The notes: a model not told the origin generated them from the sequence alone. A stretch of DNA of 64,000 nt from an uncultured Veillonella sp. (GCA_915066865.1 CAJZEE010000001.1:835-64834), one strand, 5' to 3'. Shown: positions 9,580 through 19,748, numbered from the stretch's first letter. Numbers and translations are program-made.

Positions 9580-11145
9580 TTAGCCCAAGATAGCTTTCAT
9601 GTCAGCTTCTGGAGTTGTAATTGGATGTAATTGGAATTTATCTACCAAAATGTTCAATACATTGCTGGAGAAGAATTTAGGCAAGGAAGGTCCGATGTAA
9701 ATGTTACGGATACCCAATGCCAACAATGTTAACAAGATACATACCGCTTTTTGTTCGTACCAGGACAATACCAATGTCAATGGCAAATCGTTTACATCAC
9801 ATTCAAATGCACCAGCTAAAGCTACTGCTACTTGAATAGCGGAGTAAGCATCGTTACATTGACCCATATCAAGGATACGAGGGATACCACCGATTTCGCC
9901 GATGTTCATGTCGTTGAAACGGAATTTACCACAAGCCAATGTCAATACTACAGTATCATTTGGAGTTTGTTTAACGAATTCAGTGTAGTAGTTACGGCCT
10001 ACTTTAGCACCGTCACAACCACCTACCAAGAAGAAGTGTTTAATAGCGCCAGCTTTTACAGCGTCAATTACTTTATCAGCAATACCCAATACTGTGCCAT
10101 GACCGAAACCAGTAGTTACTTCATGACCACCGTTGATACCAGTGAATTCTTGAGCTTCTTTGTAGCCGCCCAATTCGATAGCACGGTTGATAACTGCGGA
10201 GAAGTCTTTAGTACCATCTTCTTTTTCTTCGATATGTGCACAACCATCGAAACCTACCATATCTGTAGTGAAGATATTAGCTTTGTAGTTTTCTTTTGGT
10301 GGCATAATGCAGTTTGTAGTGAACAAGAATGCACCAGGAACATCAACAAATTCTTTTTGTTGGTTTTGCCATGCTGTACCGAAGTTACCTTTCAATTGAG
10401 GATGTTTCTTCAATTCAGGATAAGCGTGGCAAGGCAACATTTCACCATGAGTATAGATATTTACACCTTTACCATCAGTTTGTTCCAATAATTGTTTCAA
10501 GTCATGAAGGTCATGACCAGTTACAACGATGAAAGGACCTGGTTCTACAGTCAAAGGAACTGTAGTTGGTACAGGTGTACCATATGTTTCAGTATTAGCT
10601 TTATCAAGAACAGCCATACATTTCAAGTTAATTTGACCAAATTCCATCAAAAGATCAAGCCATTCTTCAGCACTGTGATCTTTAGCGAATTCTACCATGC
10701 CTTTAACGAACCAAGCGTCAACATCAGCATCGTGGAAGCCAAGGCGAGCAGCATGCCATGCATATGCAGCCATACCACGCATACCTAACAATAATGTGGA
10801 ACGAAGGGATACGATGTCTTCTTCACCTTTCCACAATTGTTCCCAATCGAAATTTTGTTGAGCGCTATCCACTTTTGCATGGTAAGCATTTACTTCGTCA
10901 ATGAATTCTTGAACGCGGTCTTCAGAGAAGTTTACGTTTGTTACACACATGAACAAACCGCGCATAATATAATCGATACCTTCTTTAGTATGACCCTTTA
11001 CGTCTAAAGCGCGAGCCAAGCCAACTAAGGCAGCAGTTAATTCGTCTTGTAAGTTAGCAACTGGTGCAGTTTTACCACATACACCTTGTACAGTACAGCC
11101 ACCTGGTGCTGCAGATTGTTCGCATTGATAACAGAACATACTCAT
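9580..11145 (-). CDS. hcp: Hybrid cluster protein (hydroxylamine reductase) Hcp
   Basis: 521 aa. N-terminal MFCYQCEQ...GGCT...GVCGK cysteine cluster is diagnostic of Hcp. RBS aggagg lies upstream on the minus strand. Confidence 0.9.
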   Translation of the reverse strand: MSMFCYQCEQSAAPGGCTVQGVCGKTAPVANLQDELTAALVGLARALDVKGHTKEGIDYIMRGLFMCVTNVNFSEDRVQEFIDEVNAYHAKVDSAQQNFDWEQLWKGEEDIVSLRSTLLLGMRGMAAYAWHAARLGFHDADVDAWFVKGMVEFAKDHSAEEWLDLLMEFGQINLKCMAVLDKANTETYGTPVPTTVPLTVEPGPFIVVTGHDLHDLKQLLEQTDGKGVNIYTHGEMLPCHAYPELKKHPQLKGNFGTAWQNQQKEFVDVPGAFLFTTNCIMPPKENYKANIFTTDMVGFDGCAHIEEKEDGTKDFSAVINRAIELGGYKEAQEFTGINGGHEVTTGFGHGTVLGIADKVIDAVKAGAIKHFFLVGGCDGAKVGRNYYTEFVKQTPNDTVVLTLACGKFRFNDMNIGEIGGIPRILDMGQCNDAYSAIQVAVALAGAFECDVNDLPLTLVLSWYEQKAVCILLTLLALGIRNIYIGPSLPKFFSSNVLNILVDKFQLHPITTPEADMKAILG

Positions 11146-11211
11146 TTAAAAATCCTCCTTTGCGAGACTTCCTCGCAGTCAAGCTAGATAATATAAAACC
11201 TATACATTACA

Positions 11212-11226
11212 CTGATGTTTTATCAG
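11212..11226. promoter_or_regulatory. Candidate Crp/Fnr-family (HcpR) operator palindrome in the hcp-hcpR divergent intergenic region
   Basis: Perfect palindrome CTGAT-gtttt-ATCAG about 70-80 nt upstream of the hcp start codon. It resembles FNR/CRP-type TTGAT-N4-ATCAA boxes. Confidence 0.4.
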
Positions 11227-11417
11227 TTGTCTGATTGATTACATTTGAAAGTATAACGTAAAGATGATACAATTTCTGTAGCTTGAGCAACAAATAAAAA
11301 CTTTTTCAAAAATTTTCCTGACTTCCCTTATGGAACAGGTAGACCATTTAGTCTTATACTTTTATTATACAATAATCATTTTTAATTGCTATAGACTTTA
11401 TCACACCGGAGGTGCTT

Positions 11418-12143
11418 ATGAAACAAATACTTTCAAACGATATCATTAATCAATATATGCCCACCCTCGTGAAATGTCCTTTATTCAATACATTAGGAGA
11501 GCCAGAGCTGCGTAGCTATTTAAATAATGCCAAAGTTATCATCCACAGTTACCAAAAAAATGATTTTATAGCCCTCGCTGGAGATCCTATGGAGGGTATT
11601 GGTGTCATTCTTGAAGGCAGCGCTTTACTGACTCGTGAAAATGTAATGGGGCAACGGGTTATTATGGCAAACTTAGAGCAATCAGATATTTTTGGAGAAG
11701 CACTACTATTTAGCAAACAGCCTTTATGGCCTGCTACCATTAAAGCAACAAAAGCAACTAAAATTATGTTTATTCCCCTTGAAACCTTTATTAAAACATT
11801 ACCGGATTGTCATCAATGCCAAACTAAAATCCTATCTAATCTATTAGAGGATTTATCTGAAAAAGCAATTCTATTAACCAGAAAAGTCCACTACCTCACA
11901 TTAAAAGGGATGCGCGAAAAGATTTTTGCGTACTTAACAGATATTTATAAACGTCAGCATTCTAACACAATTCAATTACCCCACAACCGCGAGCAAATGG
12001 CTGAGGTTCTCAATGTATCTCGCACAGCCCTTAGCCGTGAATTAGGACGCCTTCGCGATGAAGGTCTCATTGATATTACAGGGCGCACCGTAACAATTAA
12101 AAATATTGAAGACATTGAAGAATTCGGCTTTAACACCTTTTAA
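11418..12143 (+). CDS. Crp/Fnr family transcriptional regulator, probable HcpR-type regulator of hcp
   Basis: About 241 aa. N-terminal cNMP-binding-like domain. C-terminal HTH (REQMAEVLNVSRTALSRELGRLRDEGLI). RBS ggagg before the ATG at 11418. Divergent from hcp. Confidence 0.8.
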   Translation: MKQILSNDIINQYMPTLVKCPLFNTLGEPELRSYLNNAKVIIHSYQKNDFIALAGDPMEGIGVILEGSALLTRENVMGQRVIMANLEQSDIFGEALLFSKQPLWPATIKATKATKIMFIPLETFIKTLPDCHQCQTKILSNLLEDLSEKAILLTRKVHYLTLKGMREKIFAYLTDIYKRQHSNTIQLPHNREQMAEVLNVSRTALSRELGRLRDEGLIDITGRTVTIKNIEDIEEFGFNTF

Positions 12144-12173
12144 TACTTAATGTCTATTAAATTTAACAAACTA

Positions 12174-12209
12174 AAAAGTCTCTCAAGATTATCTTGAGAG
12201 ACTTTTTTA
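12174..12209 (+). terminator. Intrinsic terminator after the Crp/Fnr regulator gene
   Basis: agtctctcaagat-t-atcttgagagact followed by TTTTTT. Confidence 0.7.
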
Positions 12210-12299
12210 TTACACGACTCATAAAATATATAACGGTTTTAAGTATATAATAACTATATAATATAATTTTTCAAACTATATAGTGCTTAAAATTGTAAA

Positions 12300-14063
12300 T
12301 TAGAACCAATGAGACAAATCAAATTCTTCACCAATGGTTGCTTTCACATGAGCACGACCTAAGTAAAGGCCTAACAATGTTAAGCTAATTTTAGACATTG
12401 GCGTGCTATCAAAGACATCAGCTAAGTCCAATAGAACCGGTGAAATATCATCCATGATATCACGCGCCTCTTGTCCCCTGAAAGCAGTAGGTTTGCTCTT
12501 CATCAGAGCTAAAAGATCACGTTGAACCATAGCATTAGAAATTCGTGTTTGTCTAAAGAATTGTGGTGCTAAAGACTCATCTACCAAGGCTAATTTATAA
12601 AGATTGGAGTTCAAGCTACGCACCACATAACGTGGATCCACACCATGACCATCTGTAGCACGGAAGAGTTCTTCCTTAGAGAAACCACGATAGTTGAATA
12701 CAAACGGATATGAATTCGACAACACTTGGCATAAAGTGATAGGCTCTTGTTCTTCTTGTGTACAGCGTAAGTAGTCCAGCTGGCGATAGAAGGAATCATT
12801 TCGAGGTAAATCAGAGATGAATGGCTCAATATATTTTTCCACATAATGTTGGAAGTGAATCAATCCATAGTTATTAGAATTTCTAGAATATTGTAACAAT
12901 AATGTTAAGGCCATAACTTGGAAGTGACCTAATGTTAAATGAGGTAATACACGTAATGCATCAAAAGCTACGAGGTATGGCGTACTAGATTTAGGAGATT
13001 GAACCACATCTAGAAAAGCACCTAACGCAGCGGACTTCATCCACTCTGTATTTGTAGCGGCATATGCCTTTTGCATACTCATCAACGCTTCTTGAATAAC
13101 AATATTCTCTAGTAATGCATTCACTTCAACAATTTTTGTAATATTGAGAGCCGCTAAAGCATCTCTTGTAATAGATTCTACATAGTGTTGCGTATCACCA
13201 TGTAACACCCCAAAGGAATGAACAAATGGTGCTATAGCCAACTCAACGCATTTATCCTCATGTGCCGTTTTTGCCCATTGACCATGCGGTTCCTCCTCTT
13301 CAGCTAAACTTGTTGCCGCCAATTGTGCTTCAATTTCAGAAGCATCAAACAAACGCGTTTCATCTAATACCGATGGACCTTCCGCGGTTTGTATTTCGTT
13401 TGCACCACCTATCATTTGTGTAGCATCTATGCTATCCGCTTCATCAGCTTCAAAGGCTTCCACAGATTCACCCATAGCAATTGTATCTTCAACAGAGTTT
13501 GCGCTATTGAGAAGTTCATCTGTAACAACATCGAGGACAATAGTTTTATCCACCAACGGAGTAACACCTTGATTGGCTTGATTAGCTTGCTTAAGATCTG
13601 ATACAGCTGTCATCACAATGGTTTCATCCCCTATTGGTGTGCCATTATCCGAACCTATTGGTGTTCCATTATCCGAACCTAATGCTAACGCATATTCTCC
13701 CTCTGAAACATGACTTGAATTAGACTTTAGAGTACTTCTTTTATTATAAGAGGTATCTATAGGATCAACCAGAGGTTCAGCCGGTTCTCGCTCTTCACCG
13801 ACCACCGTTTCAACTGTATCCGGAATTGATGCAGTATATACATTAGTTCCACTCGTATGTGTGATTGTTACATTGCCCTCTTGCGACTCCGTTGCAAATA
13901 TAACATCATTATGCGCTTTAGGATTATTTTTATTACTTATGTTTTTATAGGATTTTTCTTTTGCCTTACTTTCACCATCACCACCGCTAAATACAGCATA
14001 GCAAACAGCAAAGAATCCCAATGCCACGACGGCTAATACAAAATACGGTATTAGGTTTGACAT
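12300..14063 (-). CDS. Membrane-anchored hypothetical protein with acidic low-complexity linker and about 330-aa C-terminal helical domain
   Basis: 587 aa. N-terminal TM helix (PYFVLAVVALGFFAVCYAVF), then a Ser/Thr/Asp/Glu-rich region containing a tandem octapeptide repeat (GSDNGTPI x2), then a globular C-terminal domain of unknown family. Confidence 0.5.
   Translation of the reverse strand: MSNLIPYFVLAVVALGFFAVCYAVFSGGDGESKAKEKSYKNISNKNNPKAHNDVIFATESQEGNVTITHTSGTNVYTASIPDTVETVVGEEREPAEPLVDPIDTSYNKRSTLKSNSSHVSEGEYALALGSDNGTPIGSDNGTPIGDETIVMTAVSDLKQANQANQGVTPLVDKTIVLDVVTDELLNSANSVEDTIAMGESVEAFEADEADSIDATQMIGGANEIQTAEGPSVLDETRLFDASEIEAQLAATSLAEEEEPHGQWAKTAHEDKCVELAIAPFVHSFGVLHGDTQHYVESITRDALAALNITKIVEVNALLENIVIQEALMSMQKAYAATNTEWMKSAALGAFLDVVQSPKSSTPYLVAFDALRVLPHLTLGHFQVMALTLLLQYSRNSNNYGLIHFQHYVEKYIEPFISDLPRNDSFYRQLDYLRCTQEEQEPITLCQVLSNSYPFVFNYRGFSKEELFRATDGHGVDPRYVVRSLNSNLYKLALVDESLAPQFFRQTRISNAMVQRDLLALMKSKPTAFRGQEARDIMDDISPVLLDLADVFDSTPMSKISLTLLGLYLGRAHVKATIGEEFDLSHWF
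13633..13680. repeat. Tandem 24-bp direct repeat (2 copies, 1 mismatch) inside the 587-aa gene
   Basis: attggtgtGccattatccgaacct / attggtgtTccattatccgaacct. It encodes the GSDNGTPI GSDNGTPI duplication on the minus strand. Confidence 0.8.
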
Positions 14064-14072
14064 ACTATCCCC

Positions 14073-14624
14073 CTACATCAATGCTTCATTATATACAGCA
14101 CGCTCACCGCCAATGCTCTTCGGACGAACACGACAAGCGGTCACATGTGCTTTCCCAATTTCTTTCACACAAAGACGTACAGGCACTGCAACGTGTTTCA
14201 TGTGCATACCAATGAAAGTATCTCCAATATCGATGCCTACATCAGCTTGAATAAATTCAACCATCACAGGATCATCAAAATATTCGTACGCCATCACAGC
14301 CAGGGCACCACCCGCATGACGTTGAGGAACAACATTAACTTCCTCCTCCCATGTCATCGCACTACGTTCCATAACAAGTGCACGATTAATATGTTCACAA
14401 CATTGAATAGCCAAGTTAAGTCCTTTAGCCTTAACAGCATTGTATATTTCATCAAATACGACCTGAGCCACATCAAGGTGAGAGTCAGTGCCGATTTTTT
14501 TACCTACAATTTCGCTAGTGGAACAGCCAACAACGAATAATTGACCTTCGCGAACCTTTGCTAAATCAAGTAATTCAGCCATCGCGTTGCGAGTTGACTG
14601 ACGAATAGTTTCTACAGAAGTCAT
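14073..14624 (-). CDS. TIGR01440/UPF0340 (YwlG-like) family protein
   Basis: 183 aa. LFVVGCSTSE motif and overall size are consistent with the YwlG/DUF436 family. Assignment is from memory of family signatures. Confidence 0.5.
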   Translation of the reverse strand: MTSVETIRQSTRNAMAELLDLAKVREGQLFVVGCSTSEIVGKKIGTDSHLDVAQVVFDEIYNAVKAKGLNLAIQCCEHINRALVMERSAMTWEEEVNVVPQRHAGGALAVMAYEYFDDPVMVEFIQADVGIDIGDTFIGMHMKHVAVPVRLCVKEIGKAHVTACRVRPKSIGGERAVYNEALM

Positions 14625-14743
14625 GTTATCGCCTCACTCAAATTGAATGTATAAAATCTATATGTATATTATCATAAAACCGACAGAATCGGTAGACTAA
14701 ACTCTACACGTAACGGATGAACATCTTATGATTATGGCTTAAC

Positions 14744-14778
14744 AACAAAAAGAGGCTTGCTTTAGCAAGCCTCTTTCA
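14744..14778 (-). terminator. Intrinsic terminator downstream of the fumarate hydratase operon
   Basis: aaaagaggcttgc-ttta-gcaagcctcttt. On the minus strand the hairpin is followed by TTTTTGTTGTT. Confidence 0.7.
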
Positions 14779-14795
14779 ATCACTCAATGGTGATA

Positions 14796-15356
14796 TTAGA
14801 TTTTTCTGTAAGGTTTTTGGCCTAATTCGTAGAAGTTATTACCTTCAGTATCGCCAACCACGATGCAAGGGAAATCTTCAACAGTCAATTCAGCCAAAGC
14901 TTCTGGTCCAAGTTCACCATAAGCAAGTACTTCATATTTTTTGATGGATTTTGCAATCAATGCTGCTGCGCCACCAACTGCTGCGAAGTATGTGCAACCA
15001 TTTTTCTTCATGGATTCAACTACTTCTGGTTTACGGGAACCTTTACCAATCATGCCTTTGATACCTTGGTCAAGCATTGTTGGTGTGTAAGCATCCATAC
15101 GACCGGAAGTTGTAGGACCAGCGGAACCAATTGGATCACCAGGTTTTGCAGGTGTTGGTCCAAGATAATAAACGAATTTATTTGTCCAGTCGATTGGTAA
15201 TTTTTCACCACGCGCTAAAGCTTCAGTCATAACTTTATGAGCAGCGTCACGAGCGGAGTAAATTTTACCAGTGATAAGAACGCTATCACCAACTTTTAAT
15301 TTGCGGGAAAACTCTTCATTATATTCTTCAGTATTAATGCGAATTGATTCAGCCAT
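14796..15356 (-). CDS. fumB: Fe-S hydro-lyase, fumarate hydratase class I / tartrate dehydratase beta subunit
   Basis: 186 aa. GPTPAKPGDPIGSAGPTTSGRMD and KGMIGKGSR motifs typical of the beta (C-terminal domain) subunit. Confidence 0.8.
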   Translation of the reverse strand: MAESIRINTEEYNEEFSRKLKVGDSVLITGKIYSARDAAHKVMTEALARGEKLPIDWTNKFVYYLGPTPAKPGDPIGSAGPTTSGRMDAYTPTMLDQGIKGMIGKGSRKPEVVESMKKNGCTYFAAVGGAAALIAKSIKKYEVLAYGELGPEALAELTVEDFPCIVVGDTEGNNFYELGQKPYRKI

Positions 15357-15375
15357 TGTTTTTACCTCCTATCGA

Positions 15376-16218
15376 TTAAAGTACTACGTGAGCATGACGA
15401 GCAGCATGGCACATGATAGTAACTGCAACAGGAAGACCTGCGATGTGAGTTGCACCCCATTCGATGTTTACACCGATACAAGTTGTAGTGCCACCCAATT
15501 GTGGTCCAATACCAGTTTTGTTAACCATTTCCATGATTTCTTCTTCTAATTTTGCATAGTCTGCATCTTTATGAGGTACGCTAATGTCACGAAGCAACGC
15601 TTTTTTGGACATAACTGCTGCTTGGTCCATAGTACCGCCAATACCAATGCCGAGTACAATTGGAGGGCATGGGTTAGGACCTGCATGTTTTACGATTTCA
15701 AGGACTGCATTTTTAACGCCTTCCACACCATCAGCAGGTACGAGCATAGCTACATCGGATTTATTTTCAGAACCGAAACCTTTTAATTCTACTTGAATAT
15801 CTACTTTATCGCCAGGAACGATTTCAGTATAGATGATTGCAGGTGTGTTATTTTGTGTATTTTTACGATTGAACAATGGTTCAGCTACAACGGATTTACG
15901 AAGATAACCTTCAACATAACCAGCTGCAACACCAGCATTGATAGCTTCTGTAAGATCACCACCAACGAAATGAACATCTTGACCAACTTTTAAGAATACC
16001 ATAGTCATACCAGTATCTTGGCAGTATGGACGATCTTCAGCATCGGCAATTTCTGCATTTTTAATAATTTGATCAAGAACGATACGACCTACTGAAGACT
16101 CTTCTGTTTCACGGCCTTTTTTCAAACCTTCATAGATGTCTTTTGGCAAGTGGTAAGCTGCGTCCATACACATTTGACGGACTGTTTTTGTGATTTCAGA
16201 TACTTGAATCTCGCGCAA
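15376..16218 (-). CDS. fumA: Fe-S hydro-lyase, fumarate hydratase class I / tartrate dehydratase alpha subunit
   Basis: 280 aa. CQDTGM and cysteine ligands (CIGVNIEWGATHIAGLPVAVTIMCHAARH) typical of the alpha subunit. Immediately upstream of the beta subunit. Confidence 0.8.
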   Translation of the reverse strand: MREIQVSEITKTVRQMCMDAAYHLPKDIYEGLKKGRETEESSVGRIVLDQIIKNAEIADAEDRPYCQDTGMTMVFLKVGQDVHFVGGDLTEAINAGVAAGYVEGYLRKSVVAEPLFNRKNTQNNTPAIIYTEIVPGDKVDIQVELKGFGSENKSDVAMLVPADGVEGVKNAVLEIVKHAGPNPCPPIVLGIGIGGTMDQAAVMSKKALLRDISVPHKDADYAKLEEEIMEMVNKTGIGPQLGGTTTCIGVNIEWGATHIAGLPVAVTIMCHAARHAHVVL

Positions 16219-16915
16219 GATAATCCCTCCTCAGGAAAATAGTTGAATATTAATTCTAATACCGATGAGATAAAATAAAATTCTCAAACATATGAAAGAA
16301 TATCTATCTCAAACCGATGAGATTAACTCTATACATAAATCGTAGCACACAATATAGGGGGATTCAACGCCTTACCTATACAGTTTTCTCAATGCTTTTT
16401 CGGTTTTTGAGAATTGTTTTCATGAATATTTTTGTATATATTTCGGTTTTTCAATAGGCTATATAGACCTTATTCTCTAGTCACTAAAATAGCCCTGCAT
16501 TGTGATAAAAGTCATAGTCTATCATATATCAATAAGATTTTTATATCTTATATTTTTACCTACTTTATTATATATAGATTTGGTTTAAAATGAACCACAA
16601 ACATAGGCTATATCTAATAAGATAAATACACTTCTTTCTTAACTGATACTACTTTTCAACTAAATCTTTTAAACTTTTCTATAATGCATATGTATACCGA
16701 TTATCTTCAATATACTTATATTGCTAACTCCCATGCATTTGGAGTCATACAATCACCTTAGAACACAGTAAATATCTATAATTATTAAGCTCTATAGATT
16801 TTATTAATTTTAATGACTCTCTCATCAAAATTATTGATAACCAATTTTATTTATAAAGTTATGTCTTTTAGTCATAATTGATAGTATCTATTTTATAGTG
16901 TTCTAAAAAAAATGC

Positions 16916-16944
16916 TTGCTTTTATAATTAATCTAACATATAAT
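16916..16944 (+). promoter_or_regulatory. Sigma-70-type promoter for the tRNA cluster
   Basis: TTGCTT (-35), 17-nt spacer, TATAAT (-10), about 14 nt before the tRNA-Asn 5 prime end. A-tract upstream may act as an UP-like element. Confidence 0.6.
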
Positions 16945-16958
16945 AACAATCGTACCAT

Positions 16959-17034
16959 TCCTCGATAGCTCAGTCGGTAGAGCAATCGGCTGTTAACCGA
17001 TCGGTCGTAGGTTCGAGTCCTACTCGAGGAGCCA
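16959..17034 (+). tRNA. tRNA-Asn (anticodon GTT)
   Basis: Cloverleaf readable. Acceptor TCCTCGA/TCGAGGA, D-arm GCTCAGTCGGTAGAGC, anticodon loop CTGTTAA, T-arm GGTTCGAGTCC, 3-prime CCA encoded. Confidence 0.9.
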
Positions 17035-17038
17035 TTCT

Positions 17039-17113
17039 GGCCCGTTGGTCAAGCGGTTAAGACACCGCCCTTTCACGGCGGTATCCCGGGTTCGATTCCC
17101 GGACGGGTCACCA
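17039..17113 (+). tRNA. tRNA-Glu (anticodon TTC)
   Basis: GGCCCGTTGGTCAAGCGGTTAAGACACCGCCCTTTCACGGCGG...GGGTTCGATTCCCGGACGGGTCACCA. Anticodon loop CTTTCAC. Confidence 0.9.
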
Positions 17114-17118
17114 CATAT

Positions 17119-17194
<76 letters not shown>

Positions 17195-17199
17195 AAGCA

Positions 17200-17228
17200 A
17201 ACGGTTATCTTCGGATGACCGTTTTTTA
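17200..17228 (+). terminator. Intrinsic terminator after the tRNA cluster
   Basis: aacggttatc-ttcg-gatgaccgtt followed by TTTTT. Confidence 0.7.
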
Positions 17229-17446
17229 GTATGTAAAAAGTACATATGGGTATAAAAATACATATGGTCATGTAGATAAATAAAGGAGTACAACTGCTAT
17301 AGTTGTACTTCTTTTGCTGTAATGCTTATATAGTTTTATGTAAAAAATATATAGTTGCTATGGTTGTACTTTCAAAATATATAGTTAGTTATTGTTATAT
17401 CTAAAAAATATAACTTTTATTATAGTCACATCTGGAAATTGCATAT

Positions 17447-17770
17447 TTAACGTGGCGCATACATGATGATATATACACCTACGAGGCATACAAGGCCGCC
17501 GATGATATCGTACATATCTGGTCGTAAGCCGTCCACAAGCCAGCCCCATAGAATAGAGAGGGCAATGAATACGCCGCCGTATGCTGCGTACACCTTACCA
17601 AAGCTTGCTTCTGGCTGGAAGGTGGGGATGATGCCGTATAAAAATAAAATAAAAGCACCTGCGATTAGGTAAATAGGTCCTTTGTCGTCACGCATATAGA
17701 GCCATACGAGATAACCGCCACCGATTTCCGCAAGTCCTGCTAGTATAAAGAATAGAATAGATAAGAGCAT
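17447..17770 (-). CDS. ynfA: YnfA/UPF0060 family small membrane protein
   Basis: 107 aa, four TM segments. The VYAAYGGVF motif matches the E. coli YnfA family. Confidence 0.7.
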   Translation of the reverse strand: MLLSILFFILAGLAEIGGGYLVWLYMRDDKGPIYLIAGAFILFLYGIIPTFQPEASFGKVYAAYGGVFIALSILWGWLVDGLRPDMYDIIGGLVCLVGVYIIMYAPR

Positions 17771-17922
17771 AGTAACCTCACTGTATTCTTACTATATTAA
17801 TTGAAATCTATTCTCTATTTTACAACTTAGGACAAGAGAGGGCAATTGTTTTGTATAGTTAGGTCATTTGTTGTCTATAGTAAAACCCCGTACACCAAAA
17901 GGTATACGGGGTCTATTCGTTA

Positions 17923-18822
17923 TTATAAACGTGGTGGTGATTCGCTGTGCACATAGTCCATAAAGGTATGCATAGTTTCTGTTTTAGAATTATTCTTCTT
18001 AAATGCGAAGCACACTTGTAGTTTGAATGGTTTTTCTAAAGGAACAAAGCCATCATTGATGTTTAAAGACGTTAAAATTTGGCGTGCTACGATGCAACCA
18101 GATTTATTCTTTTGACAGTAGTCGATCATTGTATATGGATTGGATAGACGGCTACCGCGGATGTGTAGGTTTTGTTGACCGTTCCCAACATAGTTTTTTA
18201 ATGTGCGATACATAAAGTATTTAGGTGGATACATGAGCAGTGGTTGTTGCTGGATAGCTTTTAAACTGGCTGTTTCCATACCGTTCACTAAGTTTGGTGC
18301 ATAGTATACAAATTCGTCTTCTCTAAGCGCAGTGGATTCGTACGCGGACATATCCTTATTATTTGGTAAATAGAGTAATGCAATATCGATGCGGTTTTCT
18401 CGTAAGTCGAGCATCAATTCTTCTTCTTCCATATCGTAAATACTAACAGAGAATTCAGGATGGTTTTGGAAGAAGTGGGAAACGTAACCGTTTAGACGGA
18501 TATCCCCAAGACTACGTAATACGCCAATATTTAGAATTGGGCGTTCAACCTTGCTAGCCAAACGAATGGATTGGATAGCTCGTTCCAATGTGTCGAGAAC
18601 TTGTTCTGCTTCTGGTAGGAATAACTCACCTTCTGGTGTTAAACGGCTACCTCTTGTAGAACGGGAGATTAATTTCACACCAACTAAACGCTCTAATTTT
18701 TTCATTTGAGCGCTGAAAGCTGATTGTGTAATATTCATAGATTGTGCAGCTAATGTAAAGCTTCCTGTTTTATTATAGGTAATAAAACTTTGTAGCTCTT
18801 GCATTGTAGGTAACTCTTTCAT
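17923..18822 (-). CDS. LysR family transcriptional regulator
   Basis: 299 aa. N-terminal HTH (SFTLAAQSMNITQSAFSAQMKKLE) and a LysR substrate-binding domain. Confidence 0.8.
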   Translation of the reverse strand: MKELPTMQELQSFITYNKTGSFTLAAQSMNITQSAFSAQMKKLERLVGVKLISRSTRGSRLTPEGELFLPEAEQVLDTLERAIQSIRLASKVERPILNIGVLRSLGDIRLNGYVSHFFQNHPEFSVSIYDMEEEELMLDLRENRIDIALLYLPNNKDMSAYESTALREDEFVYYAPNLVNGMETASLKAIQQQPLLMYPPKYFMYRTLKNYVGNGQQNLHIRGSRLSNPYTMIDYCQKNKSGCIVARQILTSLNINDGFVPLEKPFKLQVCFAFKKNNSKTETMHTFMDYVHSESPPRL

Positions 18823-19031
18823 GTTATTCCCCCAACTTAGACATAAGACTCCAATGATACCTATTACCTTACTTATTCATATTGTAGCATACTATAATTG
18901 ATTTTTCATCTAAATCTATAAAATATGATGAAACATGCACAACCGATATAGTACGTTGTATTATCGTAAAAAAGTGTAATTAAAAATTGTGATTATGCAC
19001 TTATTTCAATGACTTTCACAAGTATCGATAA

Positions 19032-19060
19032 TTGACATAACTAGATGAAAATGATATTAT
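19032..19060 (+). promoter_or_regulatory. Sigma-70 promoter of rpsD
   Basis: TTGACA - 17 nt - TATTAT. About 60-nt leader before the rpsD RBS gaggtga. Confidence 0.65.
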
Positions 19061-19119
19061 ACTTGGGTACCATTATGTATAGGTACAGGTTTATTTTAAT
19101 CTTATGAGGTGATAATCAC

Positions 19120-19707
19120 ATGGCAACGAGAAGAGAGGCTCGATTCAAACTTTGTCGTCGCTTTGGTGTGAACGTATTCGGTCACGCAAAAGCCTTGAAT
19201 CGCGTCAAAAAAGACCAACGTCAGAAAAAAATGTCTGAGTATGGCACACAATTATTAGAAAAACAAAAAGTTAAAGCTTACTACAACTTGCTAGAACGCC
19301 AGTTCGTACGCTATTATGATAAAGCGAAAAAAATGCAAGGTGTTACAGGTCAAAACATGTTGATCCTTTTGGAACAACGCCTTGATAACCTTGTATATCG
19401 CATCGGCTTTGGTAACTCCATTCGTCAAGCTCGTCAAATGGTAAACCATGGCCACATCTTGGTAAACGGTCGTCGCGTAGACATTCCTTCCTTCTCCTGC
19501 AAACCAGGCGATGTAATCGAATTGCGCGAAGCATCTCGTGATAACGAAATGTTCAAAACTAACTTCCAAGAACTTCGTTCTTTCGAACTTCCTTACATTG
19601 AAAAAGACTTGGAAGGCTTCAAAGCTACTTTCACTCGTCTTCCTCAACGTGAAGAACTTCCTATCGAAGTTAACGAAACACTTATCGTCGAATTGTACTC
19701 CAAATAA
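19120..19707 (+). CDS. rpsD: 30S ribosomal protein S4
   Basis: 195 aa. N-terminus [14 protein letters not shown]-terminal S4 RNA-binding domain ([38 protein letters not shown]). Confidence 0.9.
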   Translation: MATRREARFKLCRRFGVNVFGHAKALNRVKKDQRQKKMSEYGTQLLEKQKVKAYYNLLERQFVRYYDKAKKMQGVTGQNMLILLEQRLDNLVYRIGFGNSIRQARQMVNHGHILVNGRRVDIPSFSCKPGDVIELREASRDNEMFKTNFQELRSFELPYIEKDLEGFKATFTRLPQREELPIEVNETLIVELYSK

Positions 19708-19720
19708 TTTGGCGTCATTA

Positions 19721-19748
19721 CCCGCAGTGCTATGCACTGCGGGTTTTT
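19721..19748 (+). terminator. Intrinsic terminator after rpsD
   Basis: cccgcagtgc-tatg-cactgcggg followed by TTTTT. Confidence 0.75.
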
